A DNA stretch of 64,000 nucleotides from an uncultured Planctomycetota bacterium. Its GTDB lineage: Bacteria > Planctomycetota > Planctomycetia > Isosphaerales > Isosphaeraceae. The DNA is taken from assembly GCA_963845755.1 (NCBI GenBank), contig CAWJTV010000041.1, positions 384,001-448,000 on the forward strand, given 5' to 3'. The notes beneath the pieces were generated by a model. That model was not told where the DNA came from. It worked only from the letters and a program-made list of their open reading frames with translations, and did not search any database. Positions 63,125 to 64,000 of the stretch are shown here, piece after piece; position 1 is the first letter of the stretch, and each line of letters begins with the position of its first letter. A program made the translations under genes and the position numbers.

Positions 63125-63775
63125 TTATAGTTTCAGATGTTCGAGAAGTCCTTCGGCGGGCTCGAAGCCCGAGATGTAAGCCGCGCCGCCGACCCATTCG
63201 CCGAAGGGCCGGCGATGGCCCACGGCGATGACGCGCAGGCCCGCGTTGCGGGCCGACGACAGTCCGGGAGGCGAATCCTCGACCGCCACTACCGACCGGG
63301 CCGAGAGGCGGAGCCGCTTCAGGGCCAGTAGATACGCCTCAGGAGCCGGCTTCTGCGCCGTGACGTCCTCCTTGCCCACGATCGTCTCGAACGCATCCGC
63401 CAGGCCGGTTGATTCGAGGACAACCTGGATGTTCTCACGCCACGTGCCCGAGACGACCGCCAGGCGCACCTTGGCCCGGAGCGATCGGACCAGGGCGGCC
63501 ACCCCAGGGTAGAGTCGCGGCGAGTATCCTAGCAGCTCCCGGGTGAGGAGCTGCTTGCGGCGGACCCATTCGTTGACCTGATCGACGGGCATGCCGCGCA
63601 GCGTGAACAGGTCGGACAGGAACTCGCGGTCGTCGACTTCCGCCGCGCGCGCCGCGATCTCGTCGGGAACCAGCCATCCCATGGCGGCGAGGGTCCGCTG
63701 CCAGGCGGTGACATGATGGTTCTCGGTTTCCGCGATCACCCCATCGAAATCGAAGAGGACGGCTTTCAAGGGCAT
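63125..63775 (-). CDS. HAD-superfamily phosphatase (beta-PGM-like)
   Basis: FDFDGV, KPAPEAY and VEDSPPG. Confidence 0.92.
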   Translation of the reverse strand: MPLKAVLFDFDGVIAETENHHVTAWQRTLAAMGWLVPDEIAARAAEVDDREFLSDLFTLRGMPVDQVNEWVRRKQLLTRELLGYSPRLYPGVAALVRSLRAKVRLAVVSGTWRENIQVVLESTGLADAFETIVGKEDVTAQKPAPEAYLLALKRLRLSARSVVAVEDSPPGLSSARNAGLRVIAVGHRRPFGEWVGGAAYISGFEPAEGLLEHLKL

Positions 63776-63825
63776 GTGTCGTGAGCAACCCGCCAATCGG
63801 TGAGGCTGTCGTCTCTGAACCCGCC

Positions 63826-63887
63826 ATTATCGTCGATCCCAAGTTGACCGTCAAATTATTGACAAGCCCCGTCGCCAACCCTATGTT
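63826..63887. promoter_or_regulatory. Back-to-back sigma-70-type promoters
   Basis: Plus strand: TTGACA(63859)-N17-TATGTT. Minus strand: TTGACG(63854)-N17-GATAAT, pointing toward the HAD gene. Confidence 0.65.
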
Positions 63888-64000
63888 CGCTTCCAAGGAA
63901 TCCGTTCGTTTCGACCGAGCAAACCCCGCCTCCGATCGGTGCTTCCCCCCTTCGACCGCCGTACCGGTTGGCCGCGGACGACCTCGGTTCACCACGTTGT

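Overview
High-GC bacterial DNA, most likely Planctomycetota (Isosphaeraceae-like). The inference rests on DUF1501 and DUF1549/DUF1553 genes, an ECF sigma/Ser-Thr kinase pair, a 'LEDR' export motif and BlaI/M56 loci. Many genes carry isolated 1-nt frameshifts, densest at about 44-54.5 kb; this suggests unpolished long-read errors rather than real decay. From left to right: (1) a sigma-54 regulator, a -24/-12 promoter, a STAS gene, a Met-rich repeat lipoprotein and a cytochrome b gene (MsrPQ/MrpX-like); (2) an exported Gfo/Idh/MocA + TIM-barrel + DUF1080 + PIG-L + serine-hydrolase cluster; (3) a region with a dispersed 11-bp DNA motif; (4) EmrAB-type efflux; (5) a ~6 kb redox cluster flanked by 77-bp direct repeats, one of whose genes is split by a 424-bp MITE (20-bp perfect TIRs, CTAG duplication); (6) ECF plus STK-TPR; (7) an ISKra4 element with target duplication; (8) a decayed defence-island remnant and yhcG; (9) a head-to-head junction of two truncated genes; (10) a TipA-like MerR gene with a textbook operator and internal start; (11) a multi-PAS hybrid kinase; (12) tandem membrane J-domain genes; (13) a BlaI-2xBlaR1-DUF1549/1553-DUF1501 array; (14) a small-protein/retropepsin pair and assorted hydrolases and redox proteins. 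No rRNA, tRNA or CRISPR array was seen. All family calls are by eye from motifs; no database searches were run.
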